From NCBI RefSeq assembly GCF_030028105.1, contig NC_092378.1, positions 100,863,731 to 100,927,730 of the forward strand: 64,000 bases of DNA, given 5' to 3'. The position numbers were made by a program, and so were the translations under genes. The DNA comes from Mobula birostris. Its lineage: Eukaryota. The notes under the pieces are model-generated. The model was given only the letters and a program-made list of their open reading frames with translations. It did not search any database and had not been told where the DNA came from. How positions within the stretch are numbered: the stretch's first letter is position 1; every line of letters begins with the position of its first letter. Shown piece by piece: positions 37,801 through 50,334 of this stretch.

Positions 37801-38989
37801 CCAGGATGCAGGTTGCCTTATGTGGGGATTGTCAGTTGTTGTACCATGAAAGCTGAGAGCTGAAGTGCTGGAGGAGCTATATGCCTGTCATCTAGGCATG
37901 ATCAAAATGAAAGCATTGGCTCGAAGCTTTGTCTGATGTCCTGGGACAGATCAGCAGATCGAACAGCTTGCCGCGTACTGTTCAGAATGCCAAGAGCAGC
38001 ACCTCTCCATCCCTGGGAATGGCCTGCATTGCCCTGGCAGAGGATTCATGTAGATTTTGCCAGACCTATCATGGGCACAAATTTCTTGGTAGTAATGGAT
38101 GCAGCGACAAAGTGGCCAGAAGTGGTCTCAATTGCCTTGTCTACATCCTTAAACACTGCTGATGCATTGAGAAGACTCTTCTCAAGAACTGGTGTTCCAC
38201 AGTTTTGTGGAACAGTTTCAGGCATTCCTGAAAATGAATGGACTAGGACATACTACATTTGCACCGTACCACCACAACTGGTAGAATGGCCTGGTAGAAA
38301 GGTTTGTCCAGTGTTTAAAGAACACACTGTGAGCAACATCAGCAGAACACACTACACTGTCACTGAATCAGAAGCTCACCAGTTTCTTCCTTGCATATTG
38401 CACTGCAGCACACTCCACAACCAACAACTCAACAGCTATGTTGTTCCTAGGTCATCCTTTGTGTTCACACTTGGATCTCCTCAAACACAATCTTAGATGG
38501 AGTATGCCGCACAAACAGCTGAGACAAATTGAGGGATCCTCAAACAGGGAGGTTTGATGTTTCACTTCTGGACAAGCATTCCTGGTGAGGGATTACAGAG
38601 GTGATCAAACGTGGGTTCTTGGAAAGATTAACGACAGAGCTAGACCACTCTCCTACACAGTGGAGATTGTGTCTGATATCATCTGGAGACAACACCTTGA
38701 TCAGCTGAGGAGAGCACAGTCAATTGTTAGAGAAGAATGATGTCCAGAGCAGTCAGAACCAGTTCCTGCAGTCCCAGAATCAACTCCTTCAACCACCTTG
38801 GAGGAGGCTACAAGTCTTTCCTGCCAAGCAGATTGATTTCTTCCCCCCCCACCCCCCACGTCAAGAAAGATGTTATCCCACAAGAGTAAGAAGTCCTCCA
38901 CAGCAATTAAATCCTTAGGCCAGAATGGGAAAATTAAAACTTACTCTGTTGTGGATGTCAATAAAGTAGTTGTATCATATCATATACTC

Positions 38990-39069
<80 letters not shown>

Positions 39070-39306
39070 TACTAGAGAGCAGAAGGTTACATTTTTGAGT
39101 TGAGATGCTTTCTGTATTCAGTTGGAATTTATAGCTAAGCAGGGAGGTGTGTAGTGTATTCAATATTTCAGTATATTGTTTGATTAAGCATTCTTTGTTT
39201 ACTTACATAATTCATTATGGGTTATATGTAAAAGTACGCAAATGGCATATGTCATTATGCTCCTGTGTTTTTATTTTGATTGGTTTATGAAGCTACAAAC
39301 ATAACA
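34888..39306 (+). mobile_element. Gypsy/Ty3 LTR retrotransposon, full-span but decayed, antisense in SCNN1B intron 9
   Basis: 5' LTR 34888-35120 and 3' LTR 39150-39306 (both tgtagtgtatt...cataaca). PBS-like gtggtgatgagg at 35121, PPT aagcagggagg before the 3' LTR, flanks ccatt/ccagt. Gag CCHC CYHCGRGLHSPNQC, protease MEMDIG, RT ICGDFK and YLDD, RNase H LACDTSPYG, integrase WQRIHVDFA, in Gypsy order. Confidence 0.93.
38990..39069. repeat. Compound microsatellite (TG)n(TA)n(CA)n
   Basis: Read directly; lies in the Gypsy 3' non-coding region. Confidence 0.95.
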
Positions 39307-39334
39307 CCAGTGTATCATCCATTCCCTTACTCCA

Positions 39335-39880
39335 TCATAGAACCATAGAACATTACAGCACAGAAACAGGCCTTTTGGCCCTTCTTGGCTGTGCCGAACC
39401 ATTTTTCTGCCTCGTCCCACTGACCTGCACCTGGACCATATCCCTCCATACACCTCTCATCCATGCACCCGTCCAAGTTTTTCTTAAATGTTAAAAGTGA
39501 GCCCACATTTACCACTTCATCTGGCAGCTCATTCCATACTCCCACCACTCTCTGTGTGAAGAAGCCCCCCCAATGTTCCCTTTAAACTTTTCCCCCTTCA
39601 CCCTTAACCCATGTCCTCTGTTTTTTTCACTCCCAGCCTCAGTGGAAAAAGCCTGCTTGCATTCACTCTATCTATACCCACCATAATTTTATATACCTCT
39701 ATCAAATCTCCCCTCATTCTTCTACGCTCCAGGGAATAAAGTCCTAACCTATTCAACCTTTCTCTGTAACTGAGTTTCTCAAGTCCCGGCAACATCCTTG
39801 TAAACCTTCTCTGCACTCTTTCAACCTTATTAATATCCTTCCTGTAATTTGGTGACCAAAACTGCACACAATACTCCAAA
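39335..39880 (-). mobile_element. CR1 3' fragment, same young family as copy A
   Basis: ~39636-39878 is nearly identical to window 1-243; tail catagaaccatagaac. Confidence 0.92.
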
Positions 39881-40137
39881 TACGAGAATATCAATATTAA
39901 TAAGAGAATTCGAGGTTAAAGACCTGTATCTTGATAACACTGCCTTTGCGATACTTTTTACTCACTCTTGAACCTGTGCTGCCATCTGTCTGAGATCAGC
40001 TGGCATAGATTATGGATGGAATGTGAGATCTTGGTGATCTGTATGACATGGTTTATACACACTTTCTTGAGATCGGTGGTGATCCCAGAAAGACCATTAA
40101 AGTTTGCCCAATGTACGTGCACAATACCATTCTCTTG

Positions 40138-40232
40138 GAGTTCTGCTGAAGGGTCTTGGCCTGAAATGTCGACTGTTTACTCTTTCCCATAGACGCTGCC
40201 TGGCCTGCTGAGTTCCTCCAGCATTCTGTGTA
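40138..40232 (+). mobile_element. PLE terminal fragment with mutated hammerhead core
   Basis: ttctgctgaagggtcttggcctgaaatgtcgactg...gacgctgcctggcctgctgagttcctccagc. Confidence 0.75.
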
Positions 40233-40739
40233 TGCCTCTTGGACCTGTTGTGTAGAGGGGAGGAGGAATATGCTGCCTTCCGCCTCTGACACTTCCCCTG
40301 CCTGCTCCATCCATTTCACATACTTTGGGAAAGTACCGCATGACTCCTGGTGAAGGAGTCTATTTGGAATATTGAGGAGATGGTCTACCAGAGGCAGTTG
40401 ATGGCAGTGGTGGCCACCTTGCCTACATTTCCCCCTCCATCCCATGCATTCAGGTTTTTTGAACACCCTCCTTTTAAAAGTGGGACTGAAAATTTAAATG
40501 TAAGAATTTGTGAGGTGTTTCCAAACTGGAGTGGGGTGGGGGGTGAAGGTGGGGTAACAGTTCACATACTGGATACAGTCAACAGTAGCTGGAATCGGCT
40601 TCAGGACTGCTGAACAAACGTCGGTAGTCATCCCAGGACAGTGTACACTGGAAGGGGAGTGCTGTGAGCTTGTATGGAGATGCTGGCCAAAATGACCTTC
40701 CTGGACAGTATTGACCTTAAGGAGCTGAGCAGTACTCAC

Positions 40740-40818
40740 TTGCAGGGTTGCTTGCATATCTCCAGGCATTTGGAATTCTCCACCTCAATCTGCTCTCTCA
40801 GAGTGTAATAGCAGTAAC
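40740..40818 (-). CDS. SCNN1B: SCNN1B exon 9 (79 nt)
   Basis: ttcaccag|GT...TGCAA|gtgagt; encodes (G)YCYYTLREQIEVENSKCLEICKQPC(N), thumb-domain cysteines. Phases match both neighbours. Confidence 0.94.
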
Positions 40819-41250
40819 CTGGTGAAAGTAACACAGTAGAAGTTGAACTCGACAGCATAAGGAGGTCATTTACCCCCAAGTCAGCAAATTGCACTGCAAA
40901 TTAGAATGTAAATTGCCTTACACCATATCTCTTGATTGCTTTTTCAATCTTTATCTAACTTCCCTTCAAGGGAAATGGACCATAACCTATGAATACAGTG
41001 TGAACAGTCCCTTTCTCCTTTCTATTACAAGCCATACGTAGAATCCTGAGCTTATCCCTCATTTATATGCAAACAATTTTCATTCACGTAATATAAGGAC
41101 ATTGCAAACCAGTTTAACAGAGTGTCTGGATCCATTTTACCTACAAGAAAATGGATCTGAAGGTAGTAAATGGTAACATATACATACTTCGATAATAAAT
41201 TTATTTTGAACCTCTGATGGGACCTTGTCTATTTAATATACTATGTTCTT

Positions 41251-41654
41251 TTTTTATTTATATACACACATTCTTTTTCTCTCTCTCCCTTTTCTCCGTC
41301 TGTCCCTCTCACTATACCCCTTGCCCATCCTCTGGGTTTTCCCCCCTCCCCCCTTTCTTTCTCCCTAGGCCTCCTGTCCCATGATCCTCTCGTATCCCTT
41401 TTGCCAATCAACTGTCCAGCTCTTGGCTCTATCCCTCCCCCTCCTGTCTTCTCCTATCATTTTGGATCTCCCCCTCCCCCTCCCACTTTCAAATCTCTTA
41501 CTAACTCTTCTTTCAGTTAGTCCTGATGAAGGGTCTCGGCCTGAAACGTCAACTGTACCTCTTCCTAGAGATGCTGCCTGGCCTGCTGTGTTCACCAGCA
41601 ACTTTTATGTGTGTTGCTTGAAATTCCAGCATCTGCAGATTTCCTTGTGTTTGC
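41251..41654 (+). mobile_element. Young PLE 3' end with hammerhead motif
   Basis: TSD atactatgttctt at 41238-41250 and 41655-41667; closely matches the reverse complement of 58011-58410. Confidence 0.9.
41519..41555 (+). ncRNA. Minimal type-I hammerhead ribozyme motif (core intact, stem I mismatch)
   Basis: AGUC CUGAUGA AGGGUCUCGGCCU GAAA CG UC AACU; the base after the cleavage site is A rather than G. Confidence 0.65.
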
Positions 41655-42883
41655 ATACTATGTTCTTCAGCAGGATTCTTTAGTTTAACACACTCTGTTT
41701 TTATATGGCCTTTATCTCCAGACCTATGTTCTGAATGTGTTTTGCTTGCTTTGTTCCTTTATATTAAAATATTTTAATTTGAAATTTCACCATTATTTCC
41801 CCAATTGCAGGATGAAATCCATTCCTTGAGGTGTCCAGTAAAATGCCACTTATGAGCCAGCTGGGCTTGTCTCCCAGAGATACCAGGGCTTGAACATAAC
41901 CTGCACTGAAGGGCAGACTGATGGCCCAGTGTTTGGACCAGTGTGTGGTCCAGGAGCAGTCTGACTAGGAGCCCTGACTTGGAGGAACCATGACTGGCTG
42001 AGTTCCTTATGCTCTCTGCTTGCCCCTGTGCCCCATTGGCATGGGGCCAGAATAGAATCAGAACTTATGGAGCAGCTCCTTCAACACTCAAAATGGGGCT
42101 ACAACCTCACATTCTGTAACTCCATAGGACATTGACGGTCCAGGCAGTAGAAATGACTGGCAGCCTCTGAACCAGCACACATCCACATTATAAAGTAGGG
42201 GAATCAATCGCACAAAAATTCTCCTGTTGCTAGATGGCAGAACAGATTTCCATATTGAATTCAGATGCAAGTTTGGGGTGAGGAAGAATGGAAGAGCAGC
42301 CTATCCAGAAATCCCTTCTGTAGGGTACGGAATGACACAGAGGACGTTTCCCAGAGAGGAGATAATGTATGGTACCAGGTTCTGTGGTGGCTTTCAGCTC
42401 TTGGATCTGATGAGCATCTTGGGCCCAGTAGAGGTCAACTCACACAGCATGCAAACAGACCCGTCAGATCATTGAGTCTGCACTAACCATCAATTACCCA
42501 CTTATCTCATGTGAAACCCTTTGCTAATTGTCTCCACATTGCCACCAACTCCCCCTAGATTCCAGTACACGCCACAGACACACATTTTCTTCCTCTCTCA
42601 CAAACACAGTCAGTCTCTCTCTCTCTCTCCCCCCCTTCTCTCTCTCTCACTTCTCATACACATAAACAGCTTCTCTCTCCTCTCTCCTCCCCCCACACAC
42701 AGTCTCTCTCTCCCCCTTCCCCTCTGACACACAATATAGTCAGTTTCTCTCTCTCTATCCCCTTCCCTTGTCCCCACATGCGAGAGAACTTTACAGTGGC
42801 CTGTTAACCTACCAACTCACCCCTTTGATTTTTTAGTCTCAGTAATACTATTCGGTAGGTTTAATACGTACTCTAAATTCTGT

Positions 42884-43393
42884 CACAAACAAGAGAAATC
42901 TGCAGATGCTGGAAATCCAAACAACACACACAAAATGCTGGAGGGACTCAGCTGGTCATGTACATTTATGGAAAAGAGTACAGTCAACATTTTGGGCCAA
43001 GACCTTTTATCAGTTCATCTGGTAATTGCCCCTCCTCCTTCACCATTCCCCATTCCCATTTCCCTTGCTCAGCTTACCTCCTTACTTACCCATTGCCTCC
43101 CTCTGGTGCTGCTCCCCTTTCTTCCATGGCCTTCTGTCCTCTCCTATCAGACGCCCTTCTCCAGCCCTGTATCTCTTTCAACAATCAACTACCAGCTCTT
43201 TACTTTATGCCTCCGGTTTCACCATCACCTGAGACCTTGCACTTCCTCCTCCCCTTACGTCACCTTCTTACTCTGACTTCTCATCATTTTTCACCAGTCC
43301 CGATGAAGGGTCTTGGCCCGAGCGTTGACTGTTTACTCTTTTTCATAAATGCTGCCTGGCCTGCTGAGTTCCTCCAGCATTTTGTGTGTGTTG
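42884..43393. mobile_element. Inverted-pLTR PLE insertion
   Basis: TSD ctctaaattctgt at 42871-42883 and 43394-43406. Left arm (-) carries the tail extension; right arm (+) has cccgatgaagggtcttggcccgagcgttgactg. Confidence 0.88.
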
Positions 43394-45679
43394 CTCTAAA
43401 TTCTGTGATGGGGCAATGCCTGCTAAATAACCACCTGTATTCCGTGATAGGTGCCAGCTGTGATGGGGCAATGCCTGCTAAATAACCACCTGTATTCCGT
43501 GATAGGTGTAATAGGACCCAGCATCCACCATTCCTGATGGGATTAGTAATCTCTGTCATTTGTCTGGGAAACTTTTCAGTTTAAAACACACCCAATAATT
43601 TCGATAGCACCTTGTACAGTTTACAAATGCTCTCAATTCAGTGGGTTTAGTACAGTCTGTAAATTCCAGGATGCAACCTTTAATCATGTTTTCCATCCCC
43701 GTCAAATCAATAAACCCTACACTTTATGTTGGCCTTCCTCAATTTAATAAGATCAGTATAACTGGAACTTCAATAGTTTGATAAACTCTATAATTCGTTA
43801 TAGAAGTACATCAGTTTCACACCTGCTTCATTTGGTGCTTGAGCTGCAGCGGGGCTGAAGAGCTATGCTGTATGACTCTCTGACTGTTCTAAAATCTCTT
43901 TAGTATTCTGTGACGGTACCAGCAATAAATTTCTTCAAATGTAGGATAAGACCTGTCCGTTTAATACACTCTGTGTAATAAATTTAAGATCTTGACAGTT
44001 TATTGAAGTGTCTGTAATCTACTTGGGGGGGGGGGAGGGGTCTAGTCATTTTAGTGCCATACTCTGCATTCAGTAATGTGACCCAATACACTGCTAATGT
44101 GATTCAGTAACAGAACAAATGATTTAATACATCCCGGCTGGGGCACTGTCGGTTTAATACCCTATTCGTATTTGATAACTGGACTATATTTTTAATACAC
44201 TTTCTAAATGTTGCGATGGGACACTGTTTAATTCAATATCAATATTGATAGCCATCGAGTCATACAATGTGGGGGAAGACTCGTGTCCATGTAGCCACCA
44301 ATGACCTAATCGCAGTTTTCAGCTCTCAGATGGATCACTGTCACATTAATACACTCTCCGCAACTTGTATTGGAAACCGGTCATCAATATGATGATCCCT
44401 GCTGTGACCCTGCCAATTGAAAATACTTGCTACAGTTCATGCTCAAAGCCTTGCGTTCAATATATAATCTGTAATCTTTAATGGTACTCTGTTAATCCAA
44501 TATGTGTGATACAGAGCTGACAATATAAGGCCTTCCTTGTATTGTCAAAGTTACCAAATCAGAGTCATATGCTCGAAGTCATTTGCCCTTCAGCCGACTG
44601 TGTAGCAGCTATCAATCACCCATTTCTCATGCTCGAATCGTAGTTTCTTCTGTTTCAATGCACGATGTGTTTGTTAAATTGCATGTTGTGTCTTTGAGAG
44701 TTTCATGCATTTTCTACAATTGTAAGGCATTCTCTCATTTTAGTACACTTTCCATTGTCTGCGACAGGACCTACAGTTAGTTTGTTTAACTACTACAGGG
44801 TATTGAATTACCAATTTAATAAGCTATCTATATTTCATAATAGGATGCTGCCACTTTAATATGCTGTCAGCAATCTGTGACGGATTTCTTTCAGTCTATT
44901 ACGCACTCCATAATTGGGTCTGCAATTCTTGTTGGGTCCCTGTTACTTCAATAGACTGACTAGAGCCATTGGAAGAAACGTCTCAGTCTAATAAATACTC
45001 TACAAATGGTGATAGTAACTTAATATACTCGTTATGATACACGACGGGGCCTTGTGTTTATTAGGCCCTGCAATCCGAGTTGGAGAACTATCGATTAATT
45101 ACAATCTAAATAATCCTTGATGGAAATCTGTCAAGGTAATGCGCTCTCCTCAACCCCCTTTAATGCCCTCCCTATTATTTCTGGCAGGACCCGAACAATT
45201 GAAACCACTCGCTGTGATCTTGATGGAATTCTTTCCCTTAATCAGTTACCATACCTTGTCAGTGTAACACACTCACTGTACAGTAATACATAACAGGACC
45301 CTGTCAATCTATTACACTTCTACAATCATGAAATGAGTCCGTTTCATTTATACAGAGTACAAATAACCCTATTAATTTTTATTTGTGATGGGTCTCTGGC
45401 AAGTTAAAATGCTCCCCATATTACGTTATAGGATCCTGCCATTGATGTACAATCCGTATGAGATCCCTAAGCCATATAGTCTCTATAATTCACGACAGAA
45501 CTGTGCCATTTTATTACATATTTCATACAGGTCCTGGCCAATGTAATGCACTCTCTATAAACTATAATAGAAAGCTAAGAATTTAATACACTCACTATGA
45601 TGAACATCATAGCCTATCAGTTGAACATACTAATTACAAACCTTAAAGAAATGCTCTTGGTTTACACCCATCTCCACGA

Positions 45680-45851
45680 TGCTCAAAGGTCCAGGACACC
45701 TTCAAGCAGCGATGCCTCGAAAAGGTGGCATCCATCATTAAGGACCCCCATCACCCAGGACAGGCTTCTGTATCTGTGCCAACCATCAAACATTAAAACT
45801 ACCTCAACATCTCACGACGTATGCCGGTGACATTAAACCTGATTCTGATTC
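45680..45851 (+). mobile_element. Rex1/Babar-like LINE 3' fragment
   Basis: gcatccatcattaaggacccccatcacccagg...taaacctgattctgattc tail. Confidence 0.55.
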
Positions 45852-46364
45852 CGGTGTCTTAGTCAGTTTAATCCGTGATCAATAATTGTCAATTTATCAC
45901 ACTACCTCCAATCCCTGACCAATTTAATACACGCCATATAATCCGTGATGGAACGCTGCTAATATAACACACTTGGTAATTCACAATGCTACAATAATAC
46001 CCATAATGGAAACCTGTTAATTAAAATGCCCGCTATAATCCGTATCAAGATTGTCATTAAACACTTCTCATTTGATTCAGTGAAGTGGCTGCAAATTATT
46101 ACCCTCTTCTTGACTTTGACATCTCAATCTCAATCTGTGATGGCATCAATAGGCTCACTTGCTGTATAAAGAAATACATCACAATTCGGCCCTCTGTATC
46201 TGTACAAACCATCAAACAGTCACTTACACTCATACAACATCAAAATCTCATCTTATTCTCACAATATTCCTGTCAACACCCCCTAAATTCTACCACTGTT
46301 ACAGTGAGCAGTTAACCTTCCAACCTGCACATCTTTGGGATTAGAAGAAAATCCCCTGCAGTCA

Positions 46365-47150
46365 TGTCACAGAATCACACAGCATGGAATCGATCCCTTG
46401 GCCCATCTCATTCGTCCATGCCCATTGTGTTGCCCAGTGAACTAGTGTCTCCCACCTGCCCACGTTTGGCCTAGAGCTCTCTAAACCTCTCCCATCCAGT
46501 CCATCTAAATGTTTTTTAAATGTTGCTAATGTTTCTGCCCCAAACACTATTTCTAGTAGCTCTTTCCAAATATGTACCACACTTTGCTTGAAGAAGTTGC
46601 CCCTGAAGTCCCTTTTAAATCTCTCACCTCTGTTCTTAAACGTTGGCCCTCTTGTTTTTAGTACCCCCTCCTTAGGAAAAAGTGTATGTGCTTTCACCCT
46701 GCACATCCCCCCCACCCCCATGATCTTATTTACCTCTGTCAGGTCACCCCTACATTTCTATGTTGCAGGGAATAAAGTCTTAGTTCATGCACCCCCCCCC
46801 CGAAGTAATTTAGACCCCAAGTCTGCATTTTCTGCATTCTGTCTCGCACTTTTTCCTACATAAGGGCGGCCAAAACTGTGCACAATACTCTAAGTGTGAC
46901 CTCAACAACATCATATATAACTGCAACATAACATTCCAACTCCTATCCTCACTGATAGAGGCCAGTGTGCCAAGTATCAGCTTCAGCTCTTCACCATTTT
47001 TACCTTTGACGCTGCTTTCAGTGAACACTTGCACTCCTAAGTCCCTCCTCTCATCACATTCGCCAGAGCCCTACTATTTAACAAATAGTCCTACTGTGGA
47101 TTGATCTCCCAAAATGCAGTACCTCACATTTCTCTAGATTGAAAACCATG
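46365..47150 (-). mobile_element. CR1 3' fragment
   Basis: LRSHLEYCAQFWPP; FKRDFRGNFFKQSVVHIWKEL. Confidence 0.85.
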
Positions 47151-47159
47151 TGCTAATCT

Positions 47160-48990
47160 TCAGGACTGTGGTGCTCAAATCAGGTGACCCTGACCCTTAG
47201 AAGAAATCAAGATCAAGCAGTTATCAGGGATGCCAGGAGACAATACCAGACCAAAATCAAGACCCAGACCAGCTGTGAGTTGTACCAGGTTCACATGCTA
47301 TTACAGGCTGCAAAATAAAATTGGGCAGCATCCCAAGTAACAGCACATTCCTTCACATTGAAAGTAATGCATTCTCTGGAATGTTACCACCCACCCTGAG
47401 ACCCTCCATTGTACTTGAACCCACAGCCACTGTTGTGGACGTAAGAGCAGAGAGTGAACCCATGGAAACCTTCTGGCCCAGAAGGCATCCCTGTCCGCAT
47501 CCTTAAATCCTGTTCAGGACATGAGCTGGAGGGTATTCGCAAACATTTTCAATTTCTCCCTGCTTCAGTTTGAGGTTCCTACCTCAAAATAAGCAGGGAG
47601 AGATTAGGAATACCACAATCATTGCAATCCCTCGGAAAAACAAGGGAAAGTGCCTTAATGACTACCACTTGGTAGCTCTGATGTTCACCAATGTGATGTG
47701 CTTCAAGAGGCTGGCCAGAGCACTCATTAACTCCAGCCTCACAGATAATCTCATCCCACTGAAATGCACCTACTGCCAAAACAGGTCCATGGCAAACCGC
47801 AGCTCCCTACACTTCTCTCTGGAGCACCTGGGTAGTGGACACTCACATCAGACTATTGCCTACTGACTACAGCTCTGCCTTCAGTACTATAATTTCAAAC
47901 AAACTCATCTTCAGACTCTTACACCTGGGACTCAGTGCCTCTCTTTTCAGATGGATCCTTGATTTCCTGACCACTGTCAGTAAAGACCGGCAGCAATAGC
48001 TCTGCCATCATTATTTTCAGCACTAGTTCCATGACTGAGTCTTAGCCCCTATTCTACTCCCTATACACTCACGACTGAGCGGCTGCGTTCTGCTCTACAG
48101 GTTTGCAGATGATACCACCATAGTGGGCCGTATCTCACAAAATGATGTGTCAGATTACAGGAAGGAGATGGAGAGCCCAGTGATGTAGTGTTGTATCAAC
48201 AACCTTTCCCTCAACATCAGCAAAACAAAAAAACTGGTCATTGACTTTCAGAGAGTGGGGCAGTGAGCATGTTCCTTCTTACATCAATAATGCTGAGGTC
48301 GACAGGGTTGAGATCAAGTTCTGAGGTGTTAACATCATGAACAGAATGTCATGGTCCATTCTCACACAGATGCCACAGCCAGAAAAGCTCACTAGCTCCT
48401 CTGCTTCCACAGAAGGCTAAATGAATTTGGCATGTCTCCATCAACCCTCAACAATTTTTATTGATGCACCATAGAAAACATTCCATTCAGACGCATCATT
48501 GCCAGGTATGGCAATTGCTCTGCCGATAACTGTAACAAACTGCAGAGAGTTGTAGACAGAGTTCAGCACCCCATGGAAACCAGACTCCACTCCCTGTACT
48601 CTGTCTATCCTTCTCATTGCCTTGGTAAAGCATCAAGTATAATCAAAGACCCCACCCACCCGACCATTCTCTCTCCTTCCTTTACCCCACTGTGTAGAAC
48701 ATGCAAAAGCCTGAAAGCACATAACACCAGCCTCATGTGACAACTTGTAGCCCACGATTATAAGACTATTGAATGTTCCCCTAGCATGATAAAATGGATT
48801 TTGACCTCATAATCTACCTTCTTGTGATCCTGAACATTATCGTCTACCTGTACTGCACTATCTCTGCAAGACTTTATTCTGCATTCTGTTATAGTTTTAA
48901 TTTGAACTACCCCAATGCGTTGTTGTAATGAATTTATCTGTAGGAATAATAAGCAAAACAAGTTTTTCACTGAACATGTGATAATAATAA
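47160..48990 (+). mobile_element. Rex1/Babar-clade LINE, decayed
   Basis: TTIIAIPRK..KCLNDYHLVAL...[37 protein letters not shown]. Confidence 0.8.
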
Positions 48991-49029
48991 ACCCAGTTAC
49001 ACATATAGCCCTCCACATGATGTGCAATA

Positions 49030-49460
49030 CTACTTGTTTTAGTATCATCTGCAAACCTACTAACTATGCCTTATACATTCACATCTAAATAATGTATATA
49101 CATTACAAACAACAAAGGTCCTAGCATTGCCCCGTGTGAAACACACTAGACATAAGCCTCCAGACTGAGAAACAACCCTGGACCAGCACCCTCTGCTTCC
49201 TGCTACTGAGCCAATTATGAATCCTATCGACTGACTCCCCCTGGATGTCATGCAATCCGACCTTCCAGGCTAGTCTACCATGAGAGTCCTTATCAAAGAC
49301 AACATCCACTACTCTACCCTCATCTAGCCTCTTGGTAACCTCCTCAAAGAACTCAAAAAGATTTGTCAGACATGATTTCCCTCACACAGAACATGCTATC
49401 TCAAATAAGAACTTGTCTCTGCAAATGGTAGGAGATTCTGTCCCTCAGAATGCTCAGCAG
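49030..49460 (-). mobile_element. CR1 RT fragment
   Basis: VDVVFDKDSHGRLAWKV.LHDIQGE...NWLSSRKQRV. Confidence 0.75.
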
Positions 49461-50334
49461 CAATTAAACCCCCTCCCATCACAGAGAGAATGCACGAGCT
49501 CCAGACAGAGAGAGGCTGGGATTGAACCCAAGTCCCTAGCACTGTCAGGCAAGTTCTCCACCAGCTGGGCCACTGTGCCGATCCTTACTGGGTCAATTGA
49601 ATAGCATAATCATTGATGGAACTGTTTTCGGATTAATCTTTAAAATATATGACGGAATTCTCTCTTTACAATCTATATCAGAAGACTGTCAATTTAACAG
49701 ACTGATGGAAAATTGTCAGTTTAATATAATATTTGTAATTTGCGATGGGACCCTGTCAAATAAATGAGCTCTGTGCAATCTGCATTGGAAATCTAATAAT
49801 TAAGAGCTCAGTATAATTCGTGATTGATCTTAGTCCAATTGAATACATTTGCAATAATTCTTTTATTTCACCGATTGTATTAAACCAGTGTTCAATCACC
49901 AACTGCGGATAGTGTGTGGTACAGAAGTTGGTTCACTTGATTCACATGACAGGTCGAATCATTATACAGCAGTCAATTGAATGCACTTGCTATAATCCTT
50001 GAAGGATCCCTCTTTGTATTCAGTGATGGAAACCTGTCAATATAATATCCCTTGAATAATACCATTTGAATACTTTTCAACTTAATAGTCTCTTAACGAT
50101 CATTGATGGACCCTTGTTGGTTTAACACACACTAAGTTTACAGTGGAACACAGTAAAAAATGATGCATTCTTTACAACGTGCTTGAAAACTGTTAATTTA
50201 ATTTTGTACACTTTCAACTTTGGTAATGAGTCCCTTACGATTTAATACACTGTGCACAATCCACAATGAGTCACTGGCAATTTAATTCTCCACTGTCTCC
50301 AGCTTAATACCCTCCCTAAAAACACAAGGGTAGC

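Noticed and set aside
42227-42475. 82-aa ORF as a novel exon
   Set aside because: Antisense to SCNN1B with no convincing splice sites; loosely resembles a decayed CR1 ORF1 esterase fragment.
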